A DNA stretch of 17,703 nt from a virus. The stretch is from positions 1 through 17,703 of IMG/VR virus record IMGVR_UViG_3300045988_023142, one strand, 5' to 3'. Positions 1 to 5,361 of the stretch are shown in pieces. The position numbers and the translations under genes were made by a program. Numbering within the stretch: position 1 is the stretch's first letter; every line of letters starts with the position of its first letter. Under the pieces are notes generated by a model. That model had not been told where the DNA came from. It worked only from the letters and a program-made list of their open reading frames with translations, and made no database searches.

Positions 1-10
1 AACCGTAGCT

Positions 11-26
11 TACCGACCGGTCGGTA
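11..26. promoter_or_regulatory. 16-bp perfect palindrome TACCGACCGGTCGGTA inside the ITR (second copy at 17678-17693); candidate dimeric protein-binding or origin element
   Basis: The sequence equals its own reverse complement and starts 10 nt from each genome end. The palindrome itself is certain. Its function is inferred only from its position in a protein-primed replication origin. Confidence 0.45.
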
Positions 27-82
27 TCTGTGTTTAAGGATTTTGCTTCATTTTGTTTCCGGGCGTGTCGTCTGTTTGTTTG

Positions 83-91
83 TGTTATAGT
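83..91 (+). promoter_or_regulatory. Extended -10-like promoter element TGtTATAGT inside the left ITR
   Basis: TG at 83-84 and TATAGT at 86-91, one mismatch to TATAAT. No good -35. It lies about 35 nt upstream of the ATG at 126, with the SD AAGGGAAAGGA (107-117) in between. Confidence 0.4.
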
Positions 92-125
92 GTGGTTATC
101 AACTTCAAGGGAAAGGAAAAATAAA

Positions 126-215
126 ATGGAAAATTATAAGCAAATCGCAGGGGAATTGGGCGTTAGTGCCGAGGAAGTGCGTGAATTGATGGCACGCGCT
201 TGTGTTGATTGGTGA
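126..215 (+). CDS. Hypothetical 29-aa early peptide with helix-turn-helix-like sequence
   Basis: The ATG at 126 is preceded by the ITR-borne SD AAGGGAAAGGA. The sequence IAGELGVSAEEVRELMA resembles an HTH (sigma region 4 or excisionase style). The upstream extension to 30 in the ORF track starts inside the ITR with no SD and is not used. The ORF is very short, so the call is weak. Confidence 0.35.
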   Translation: MENYKQIAGELGVSAEEVRELMARACVDW

Positions 216-234
216 ATTGAAGAGGGGAATTGAC

Positions 235-465
235 GTGTGGTATTTTATTATTACTAATGATGGTTTTCAGGTGTTTGAGGTTTTGCCTGATTGTGTGAAG
301 CCGAGTAGGAAGCATTGCACGTCTACTCTTAAGGCTTCATTGGACGGTGTTCTGTTTCATATTCGTGCCGCCTATGAGGGCATGGATGTGATCGTTGATA
401 TTGATAATGCCACGTTTGACCTTGATGGTACTATGGTTGGAATGGTTAAGGTGGTGTTGGTATAA
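235..465 (+). CDS. Hypothetical early protein (76 aa)
   Basis: An in-frame GTG at 235 lies 7 nt after AGAGGGG (221-227). The GTG at 202 used by the ORF track overlaps the previous ORF and has no SD. No family recognised. Confidence 0.5.
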   Translation: MWYFIITNDGFQVFEVLPDCVKPSRKHCTSTLKASLDGVLFHIRAAYEGMDVIVDIDNATFDLDGTMVGMVKVVLV

Positions 466-466
466 T
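437..466 (+). promoter_or_regulatory. Candidate sigma-A-type promoter (TTGGAA - 18 nt - TGgTATAAT)
   Basis: -35-like TTGGAA at 437-442, TG at 458-459 and TATAAT at 461-466. It overlaps the stop codon of the 235-465 ORF. Confidence 0.4.
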
Positions 467-590
467 GATTGGCATGATTGTTGCTGTCTGTATTTTTTCC
501 ACGTTGTTCCTTACAATGGCTGCTACAGTGTTTTGTGAGTTGCCGCGTACTGCTTGTGACGTGTTCTGCTTTTGGCTATGCTTGTCGTAG
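465..590 (+). CDS. Possible 41-aa small membrane peptide (MIGMIVAVCIFSTLFLTMAATVF...)
   Basis: The ATG at 465 overlaps the upstream stop (TAATG coupling). About 22 N-terminal residues are hydrophobic, and the stop TAG is at 588-590. It is below the ORF-track cutoff. The region is strongly T/G-rich, so it may be non-coding. Confidence 0.25.
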   Translation: MIGMIVAVCIFSTLFLTMAATVFCELPRTACDVFCFWLCLS

Positions 591-633
591 CTGTGGCTAT
601 TGTATTGGTTTTTGTAGTGAAAGGTTTCTGAAA

Positions 634-882
634 ATGGTTAAGACTGATATGAAAGTCGCTACGTTTGATTCCCCGTTTGTGGGGGGGCGTGTGGAATTGT
701 GGTTTTGTCCTCATGGTGAACGGTACGAGCTGAGGTATGCTGTCCAGTTCCGTACACCGTGTGGCGGGGTGTGTGGCGGGTCGGCCTTGTGTGCGTATGA
801 TGCTGGGGACGGCTCTCAAGTGGTTGATTTGATGTTGGATGCTATCGGCATTGCTAACACTCCTCTCTTGGATAGGGGTTGA
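634..882 (+). CDS. Hypothetical early protein (82 aa)
   Basis: An internal ATG at 634 lies 9 nt after GAAAGG (619-624). The upstream 478-633 part of the ORF-track ORF starts at TTG with no SD and encodes an implausible Cys/Phe/Leu-rich stretch. No family recognised. Confidence 0.5.
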   Translation: MVKTDMKVATFDSPFVGGRVELWFCPHGERYELRYAVQFRTPCGGVCGGSALCAYDAGDGSQVVDLMLDAIGIANTPLLDRG

Positions 883-884
883 TT

Positions 885-1088
885 ATGTATTTCCGTGGTT
901 GGCTCCATTCATGGACTTGTAGGAATTGTCCTTATGCTGACATGTATTGGCGCTTACGTGCGTTTTGGGTGGGAGCGAAACGTAGGGGTGATGTTTTTAA
1001 GCCGCCGAAACGGTGCCCGAGTACGGACTTGTGGTTTGACATGTGGTGGCTCGGTGCCGAGTCTGGTAATGACGGATTGGAGTTTTGA
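885..1088 (+). CDS. Hypothetical Trp-rich early protein (67 aa)
   Basis: The ATG at 885 lies 6 nt after AGGGG (874-878). The upstream stop TGA (880-882) and the downstream junction (TGATCATG at 1086-1093) both fit translational coupling in this frame. I prefer it to the alternative frame 895-1098. Confidence 0.45.
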   Translation: MYFRGWLHSWTCRNCPYADMYWRLRAFWVGAKRRGDVFKPPKRCPSTDLWFDMWWLGAESGNDGLEF

Positions 1089-1090
1089 TC

Positions 1091-1267
1091 ATGTATGAAA
1101 CTTTTGTGGCACTGGCGTATTTGAGGCATGGCGATAACCTTCCTATCGAAGTGGGGTGTGCCACGTCATACGATAAGGCCTCTGAGCTTGTGCGTAAGTG
1201 GGCTGCGGTGCCCTCGCATACGAGGGATATCGCATATTTCCGGGTGGAAAGGCGCTATTATGTTTAA
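1091..1267 (+). CDS. Hypothetical early protein (58 aa)
   Basis: The ATG at 1091 lies 8 nt after GGAG (1079-1082) and follows the previous stop by 2 nt. No family recognised. Confidence 0.5.
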   Translation: MYETFVALAYLRHGDNLPIEVGCATSYDKASELVRKWAAVPSHTRDIAYFRVERRYYV

Positions 1268-1778
1268 TCGTGGCAATGATAGGACGCCGATCTATCGCAT
1301 GCGCCGGTTTGATGATGCGATCATGGAGTCGCCCCGTATTGTCAAGGCTACGCGGGGGTATACCCGTGAATTGAATTTGAAACGGTATGATATGGGTTAT
1401 GGCGATTTTGAATCGTGCTGTAGGGCGGTCAATATGCTGTGCGAACTGTGGCGGGAAGCGCCTAGCGCATGGTTTACGCAAGCGGTGATCACTGTCTCAC
1501 GGATCTGTGGAAGCATGTGTATTGGTGATGGGCTCGCCGCCGCATTGTCCCGCACGTATGACGTGGAATATTTGGACGGCACGGTGAATTTGCCAAACTT
1601 GATTGCATGGTGTGCCGTCTGTGCGGTCAAGGGTGCCACCTCGTATGACTGTTGCACGGTTTTTGACAGTCCGCAAGCGCAAAACCTTATTATTGCCGTG
1701 TTTAAAAATTTTGACAGACTGGACACGACTTGCTATAATGATAGTGAATTAGAAAAAATCTTACTGCAAGGGAGGTAA
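1260..1778 (+). CDS. Hypothetical Cys-rich early protein (172 aa)
   Basis: An internal ATG at 1260 overlaps the previous stop (ATGTTTAA) and is preceded by GGAAAGG. The ORF-track start at 1128 would overlap the whole previous gene. No family recognised. Confidence 0.6.
   Translation: MFNRGNDRTPIYRMRRFDDAIMESPRIVKATRGYTRELNLKRYDMGYGDFESCCRAVNMLCELWREAPSAWFTQAVITVSRICGSMCIGDGLAAALSRTYDVEYLDGTVNLPNLIAWCAVCAVKGATSYDCCTVFDSPQAQNLIIAVFKNFDRLDTTCYNDSELEKILLQGR
1711..1739 (+). promoter_or_regulatory. Full-consensus sigma-70/sigma-A promoter TTGACA-17 nt-TATAAT with TGn extension and upstream A/T tract
   Basis: TTGACA at 1711-1716, a 17-nt spacer ending in TGc (1731-1733), and TATAAT at 1734-1739. 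TTTAAAAATT lies just upstream. It is positioned about 45 nt ahead of the p6-like gene. A second TTTTGACAG copy lies at 1661-1669. Confidence 0.65.
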
Positions 1779-1781
1779 AGA

Positions 1782-2099
1782 TTGGCTAGAACCAAAACCG
1801 ACATTTTCCGCACTCGCGTATATGCTGTGCTCAAGGGTATGGAATTGGTGGACGGTGATTTTGTGGAAGCCGAGCATGTTATCGACGGGCGCTTGAAGGA
1901 TACTCGCGCGTATTCGATTCGTGCAAAGAAACTGTTCCCGAATTTCATCCCACGGTCTATCAACATTTTTTCTCAAAAAGTGTCCATGAATGAGGAAACT
2001 TTTTACAAGTATGCGACTCTTGAGGAACCGCAGGAATGGAACCCAGAAGAACACACAAACAAACGACACGCCGAAATTGAAAATAATGACGGCATGTGA
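1782..2099 (+). CDS. Histone-like dsDNA-binding protein, phi29 p6-like (105 aa, TTG start)
   Basis: SD AAGGGAGG (1768-1775) lies 6 nt before the TTG at 1782. The size (105 vs 104 aa), acidic C-terminal tail and position as first gene of the replication module all match phi29 p6. By eye it aligns with my recollection of p6: IFRTRVYAV..MELVDGDFVE vs ITKTTVNVA..VMVDGEVQVE, and EETFYKYATL vs VEKFLEVATV. Not computed. Confidence 0.5.
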   Translation: MARTKTDIFRTRVYAVLKGMELVDGDFVEAEHVIDGRLKDTRAYSIRAKKLFPNFIPRSINIFSQKVSMNEETFYKYATLEEPQEWNPEEHTNKRHAEIENNDGM

Positions 2100-2163
2100 T
2101 ATAAAAGATTTTAGGCATAAGCCTAAAAACAAAAAACAATAACCATAAGGGAAGGTAAATATC

Positions 2164-2601
2164 ATGGAAAACACCAACACCGCACTTGTCGCATTCAATA
2201 CCGAATCCGCCGAACTCGGTACCGTCCAGCATTTTATCGACACTTCCACCCGCGAAGGCAAGATCAAGCTCTACTCGGCATTGCAGAACGCCGAAAAGCT
2301 CGACGAACACCTCAACGAACCGTTGAACATGGTGAATGCCGTCGCACAGGCCGTGCAGGTCACGGACGATCAGACGGGCGAAATCTCCAGCACCGTGCGT
2401 GTCATCATCGTGACCGATGACAACAAGGCGTACGCGGCCACCTCCCCAACGTTGGCGGCAGGATTGAATACCATGTTCGGGATCTTCGGAACCCCGAACA
2501 CTTGGGAAGCGCCATTGGCTATCAAGGTAGTGGAACGCCGCTCCCGTCGCGGCTTCAAGTTTTTCAGCATTGAGCCGGTGGACGATCAGGAAACCAAGTG
2601 A
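2164..2601 (+). CDS. Single-stranded DNA-binding protein, phi29 p5-like (145 aa)
   Basis: SD AAGGGAAGG lies upstream. The N-terminus MENTN, EGKIKLYSAL (phi29 p5 EGQIKIFNAQ), NAVAQAVQVTD..., and LAIKVVERRSRRGFKFFSIEP (p5 FKVKVVQGTSSKGNVFFSLQL) align by eye. Its position between the p6-like and TP genes matches phi29. Confidence 0.7.
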   Translation: MENTNTALVAFNTESAELGTVQHFIDTSTREGKIKLYSALQNAEKLDEHLNEPLNMVNAVAQAVQVTDDQTGEISSTVRVIIVTDDNKAYAATSPTLAAGLNTMFGIFGTPNTWEAPLAIKVVERRSRRGFKFFSIEPVDDQETK

Positions 2602-2604
2602 ACT

Positions 2605-2613
2605 TGCTATAAT
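2605..2613 (+). promoter_or_regulatory. Extended -10 element TGcTATAAT
   Basis: TG at 2605-2606 and TATAAT at 2608-2613, 4 nt after the SSB stop codon. No convincing -35. Confidence 0.35.
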
Positions 2614-2637
2614 AACTGAGTAGCGTTCGTTCATAGA

Positions 2638-2658
2638 GAGCACCCACTTTGGGTGCTC
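2638..2658 (+). promoter_or_regulatory. Stem-loop GAGCACCCA-CTT-TGGGTGCTC between the SSB and TP genes
   Basis: A 9-bp perfect stem (or 8 bp with a 5-nt loop). No U-tract follows, so I do not call it an intrinsic terminator. It could be a 5' stabiliser or processing site for the TP-polymerase mRNA. Confidence 0.35.
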
Positions 2659-2682
2659 TCGCCATCTCAAAGGGTGCGCACT

Positions 2683-3651
2683 ATGTCCCGAAGCCGTAAA
2701 CAGAAGCATGTCAAGGCACGTCAAGCCGCACAAGCCCGTGTCGCGCGTAACATCAATCAGCTCGGCGTTTACTCCCACTCGAATCTCGCCAAAACCGCAG
2801 ACCAGCAACTAGTCAACATTGCCAAAACATTAAGCAGGGAGTGGGAGCGGCAGAAGAAACAGGCCATAGCGGAAGCGAAAGCAACCCCCTATCACGCTAC
2901 CGCCGTAGACAGGCCGACGAAAAAAGATTACATGTTTGCCCAGCGCACGCCCATCACTAACGCACAGATCGAAGCGGAACCCGTGGCAAAACGGCGCAAA
3001 CTCTTAAGGCAACAGCAACGGAAAATCAACGCGGCACGGCAGAAGATCAACGAATGGAACAAGGAACAGGCCATGCCACAGCGAAGCGTGTACGATCAGC
3101 GCGTGGCAGAACTTGAAGGCAGTACGGGCGAGGGGTTCGGACGCACTCAAATCATCCCGTCAAAGCTCACCGACTTTCTGCAAATGACTAATGTTCTGAG
3201 TGATGAAGCGTTCGTGCGCTCCCAATTGGAGAGCGGACACCGGAACGAACTGCGTGAGCAAATGCATGATGTGGCCGAAATACTAGGGTTGCGCACCGAA
3301 CAGAAACGCAAACCGTCCAAAAAGTCGAGAACGGGCAAACAGGACAAAGATTTGTACGGCGAGCATGATTGGCCGTCCTATATGCCGCGCGGACGCTATG
3401 AAGTGTTCGAGAAAATCTTGGCTACCACGCTCGGCTCGAAACGGTTGAAGCGGTTCCGCCAACTCTCAGCCACGCAAAAGAGGGCTTTTATCGAGCAAAC
3501 GGATGCGCCGCGTATCGTGTTTGACTGGACGGTATATGATCCCGTTCGACACGGTTTTACTTCAGTATTCAGGGATGACGGCGAGGGCTATCGGCGTTCG
3601 CGCAGGCAGTTTGACCGATGGATGGGAGAAGCTAGCGCATTGGCAAAGTAG
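2683..3651 (+). CDS. Terminal protein (protein primer), 322 aa
   Basis: It sits immediately upstream of the protein-primed polymerase, as in phi29. It is highly basic and charged. The N-terminus MSRSRKQKHVKARQAAQARVARN resembles the phi29 TP N-terminus MARSPRIRIKDNDKAEYARLVKN. The ATG at 2683 lies 9 nt after AAGGG; an alternative GTG at 2653 lies inside the hairpin. The priming residue is not identifiable by eye. Confidence 0.6.
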   Translation: MSRSRKQKHVKARQAAQARVARNINQLGVYSHSNLAKTADQQLVNIAKTLSREWERQKKQAIAEAKATPYHATAVDRPTKKDYMFAQRTPITNAQIEAEPVAKRRKLLRQQQRKINAARQKINEWNKEQAMPQRSVYDQRVAELEGSTGEGFGRTQIIPSKLTDFLQMTNVLSDEAFVRSQLESGHRNELREQMHDVAEILGLRTEQKRKPSKKSRTGKQDKDLYGEHDWPSYMPRGRYEVFEKILATTLGSKRLKRFRQLSATQKRAFIEQTDAPRIVFDWTVYDPVRHGFTSVFRDDGEGYRRSRRQFDRWMGEASALAK

Positions 3652-3678
3652 CGGTCGGCAATCAAGGGAAGTTATACT

Positions 3679-5130
3679 ATGGTAGTGCAGGATAATAGGG
3701 TGGGATTATGGTGTGCGGATAACGTCATACGATTCACGGACGGCACCGTCTTACGCGACATTACCGCCCCTAATCATCTTTTGGCGTCCATCATGACTGG
3801 TGGCAGGCTCACCGTCTACGTGACTGACCCCGAACTGCTTGATCCGTTCATTGCGCATATCGCACACGCATTGCCTCACAACGAACATAACGCAAACTTG
3901 AGCTGGGATGCGATAGTGTCGAAAAAAGGCAAGTTTTTCAGCTTCACGGCGCGTATCGACCGCGAAAACTCGGCACGATTTTTCGACATATCGAATCTTT
4001 TGCGGGAGAACTGCCGTCTCGCCATGACTGATGCCCAACTGCTCAATATCTTACGTGAATATGATCAGTGTGGCTTGTGTAAGATCACGGCGGGCGGTGC
4101 AAGTATGGAAGCGTTCGCGGCTGGCGAGTGGAAATGGTATTACGACAAATTCCCCCAGTTGGAGCCAGAGGATAAAAAGTCGTTGCATGATGCTTATATC
4201 GGCGGATTTATGTTCGCCAAAGAAGGCATGTACGGTAAGGCTATCGACGTTGACTGCAATAGCATGTATCCGAGTATTTTGCGGGACGAGTGGTTGCCAT
4301 GGGGATTGCCGAAACCGTACGAAGGCAAATACGTGCAAGATAATGACATGCCCTTGCATTGTGACGAATTGACGTTTCGGGCGGAATTGAAACCGGACGG
4401 ATACCCCTTTCTGCTCGACGACCGCAGCATCTACGGACTGAACCGACTCACCTCAACCCGGGGCTATGTCACAAGAGTATTGACCGACATTGATCAACAA
4501 CTGCTTTACGATAATTATGAGGTGAGCGTGTACAAGCATGTGCGAGGGTGGAAGTTCCGGCAAAGTAAGGGGTTTTTTCGCTCGTTCGTGGATGAATGGG
4601 GGGAATTGAAGCAGAAGGCGACGGGCGAGAAACGGCAAATGGCGAAACTGATCATGAACGCTCTCGTGGGGAAAATGGCGAGTCTGCCCAAAGGTTCCGT
4701 CATGCTCCCCACGTCTAAAGATGGTATCACCCTCGATTGGGATATTGCGCAACGTGAAGAGTCGAATTTGAAAACCGACTTTTTGCCCGTGCCCGTGTGG
4801 GTCAACGCCTACGCAAGAAAAAAGCTTATGACCGTCTGCCATGCGAACGCTGATAGATTATTGTATGCCAATACGGATGGGTGCATCCTATCAGGCTGGG
4901 AACCGGTACGATCATGCGAAATACATTCGACCGAACTGGGTAAGTGGAAGATCGCCGCCCGATACGAAAAATTGACCATACTCGGTATGAACCGGTATCA
5001 AGGATGGAGAGCGGACGGGGAAGTTGACGTATGCATGGCCGGAAACATGTTCTCGCAGCCCATACCATACGAAAAGTTCCGGCATGGCATACAGGTGCAG
5101 GATGATTACGGGACAATGGTCATGCTATAA
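3679..5130 (+). CDS. Protein-primed family-B DNA polymerase (phi29 gp2-like), 483 aa
   Basis: Motif A is DVDCNSMYP. LPWGLPKPYEGKYVQDNDMPLH aligns with phi29 LPYGEPIVFEGKYVWDEDYPLH (TPR1 region). Motif B is KLIMNALVGKM and motif C is YANTDG. The A-B and B-C spacings match phi29, so TPR1 and TPR2 are likely present. SD AAGGGAAG lies 8 nt upstream. Confidence 0.93.
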   Translation: MVVQDNRVGLWCADNVIRFTDGTVLRDITAPNHLLASIMTGGRLTVYVTDPELLDPFIAHIAHALPHNEHNANLSWDAIVSKKGKFFSFTARIDRENSARFFDISNLLRENCRLAMTDAQLLNILREYDQCGLCKITAGGASMEAFAAGEWKWYYDKFPQLEPEDKKSLHDAYIGGFMFAKEGMYGKAIDVDCNSMYPSILRDEWLPWGLPKPYEGKYVQDNDMPLHCDELTFRAELKPDGYPFLLDDRSIYGLNRLTSTRGYVTRVLTDIDQQLLYDNYEVSVYKHVRGWKFRQSKGFFRSFVDEWGELKQKATGEKRQMAKLIMNALVGKMASLPKGSVMLPTSKDGITLDWDIAQREESNLKTDFLPVPVWVNAYARKKLMTVCHANADRLLYANTDGCILSGWEPVRSCEIHSTELGKWKIAARYEKLTILGMNRYQGWRADGEVDVCMAGNMFSQPIPYEKFRHGIQVQDDYGTMVML

Positions 5131-5131
5131 T
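5123..5131 (+). promoter_or_regulatory. Extended -10 element TGcTATAAT overlapping the polymerase stop codon
   Basis: TG at 5123-5124 and TATAAT at 5126-5131. No convincing -35. Confidence 0.35.
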
Positions 5132-5137
5132 ATCTAC

Positions 5138-5303
5138 TGTCTTGTGAGCGTCGATTATCGACTGGGAACAACATAGGTCGGACTGCCACGGCTGAGAACG
5201 CCGCCGACCGTGATTTGCTACCGTGGCGGTAGTGCCCTACGATTTTCAACTCGCGCTCTGATAGGACAGCTAGGCCCCGCGTGATTGCGGGGTCATTTAT
5301 TTT
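5138..5303 (+). ncRNA. Hypothetical ~165-nt structured small RNA (or structured 3' UTR of the early operon)
   Basis: It is bounded by TGcTATAAT (5123-5131) and an intrinsic terminator (5273-5303). There is no ATG on the + strand between 5132 and 5313. Several helices are present: 5150-5154/5158-5162, 5176-5181/5204-5209 and 5218-5222/5228-5232. An alternative 10-bp pairing joins 5182-5191 to 5221-5230. No expression evidence is available. Confidence 0.25.
5273..5303 (+). terminator. Intrinsic terminator at the end of the early region
   Basis: GGCCCCGC-GTGATT-GCGGGGTC hairpin (core CCCCGC/GCGGGG, 5275-5292) followed by TCATTTATTTT. Confidence 0.7.
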
Positions 5304-5314
5304 CTCCTGTCGCA

Positions 5315-5323
5315 TGATATAAT
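5315..5323 (+). promoter_or_regulatory. Extended -10 element TGaTATAAT, candidate late promoter
   Basis: TG at 5315-5316 and TATAAT at 5318-5323. It lies directly after the early terminator, about 40 nt upstream of the scaffold gene (SD GAAGGGAG, ATG 5362). Confidence 0.5.
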
Positions 5324-5361
5324 TTTGATGGAAACATTACCAATATGAAGGGAGCTTTTGT

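Larger units (their letters stand above)
1..119. repeat. Left inverted terminal repeat (119 bp perfect)
   Basis: Bases 1-119 are the exact reverse complement of 17585-17703, compared base by base. Identity is interrupted only by a 2-nt A-tract length difference (left GGAAAAAT, right GGAAAT). It then resumes through ATAAAATG, the start codons of both terminal genes. The 5'-AA terminal reiteration is compatible with sliding-back protein-primed initiation. Confidence 0.97.

Noticed and set aside
30-125. N-terminal extensions offered by the ORF track (30-125, 202-234, 478-633, 1128-1259, 2653-2682, 9710-9730, 10546-10665, 11507-11518)
   Set aside because: Each starts at a non-ATG or SD-less codon, overlaps the preceding gene or the ITR, and is followed by an in-frame ATG/GTG with a proper SD.
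235-465. Possible paralogy among small early proteins (235-465, 1091-1267, 17323-17580), based on a shared beta-hairpin then TS-x-x-KAS/STL-helix pattern
   Set aside because: Only a handful of matching residues by eye, well within chance for short proteins. It needs profile or structure comparison before any claim.
895-1098. Alternative-frame 67-aa ORF overlapping 885-1088
   Set aside because: It has no SD before its start. Its stop does not couple to the next gene, whereas the 885-1088 frame has an SD and TGA-nn-ATG junctions at both ends. A codon-usage test would settle it.
2109-2128. A/T-rich hairpin TTTTAGGC-ATAA-GCCTAAAA between the p6-like and SSB genes
   Set aside because: On the + strand it is followed by an A-tract rather than a U-tract. 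There is no minus-strand gene for it to terminate. I do not call it a terminator; at most it is a weak pause or stability element.
1960-2808. 282-aa ORF on the minus strand
   Set aside because: It lies entirely antisense to the p6-like and p5-like genes and the TP start, which have recognisable homology and SDs. It has no SD and an odd composition. Long antisense ORFs are expected at this GC content.
3649-3681. TP and polymerase ORFs are in the same reading frame, separated by one TAG and 9 codons (possible read-through TP-polymerase fusion, as in linear plasmids)
   Set aside because: The same frame has a 1-in-3 chance by coincidence. The polymerase has its own good SD (AAGGGAAG) at ideal spacing. 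No read-through context or suppressor tRNA is evident.
5106-5315. 69-aa minus-strand ORF spanning the early-late spacer
   Set aside because: No SD precedes its ATG (upstream sequence is AAAATTATATC). It reads through the + strand terminator hairpin and overlaps the polymerase 3' end. It remains the main alternative to the non-coding RNA interpretation and should be checked by Ribo-seq.
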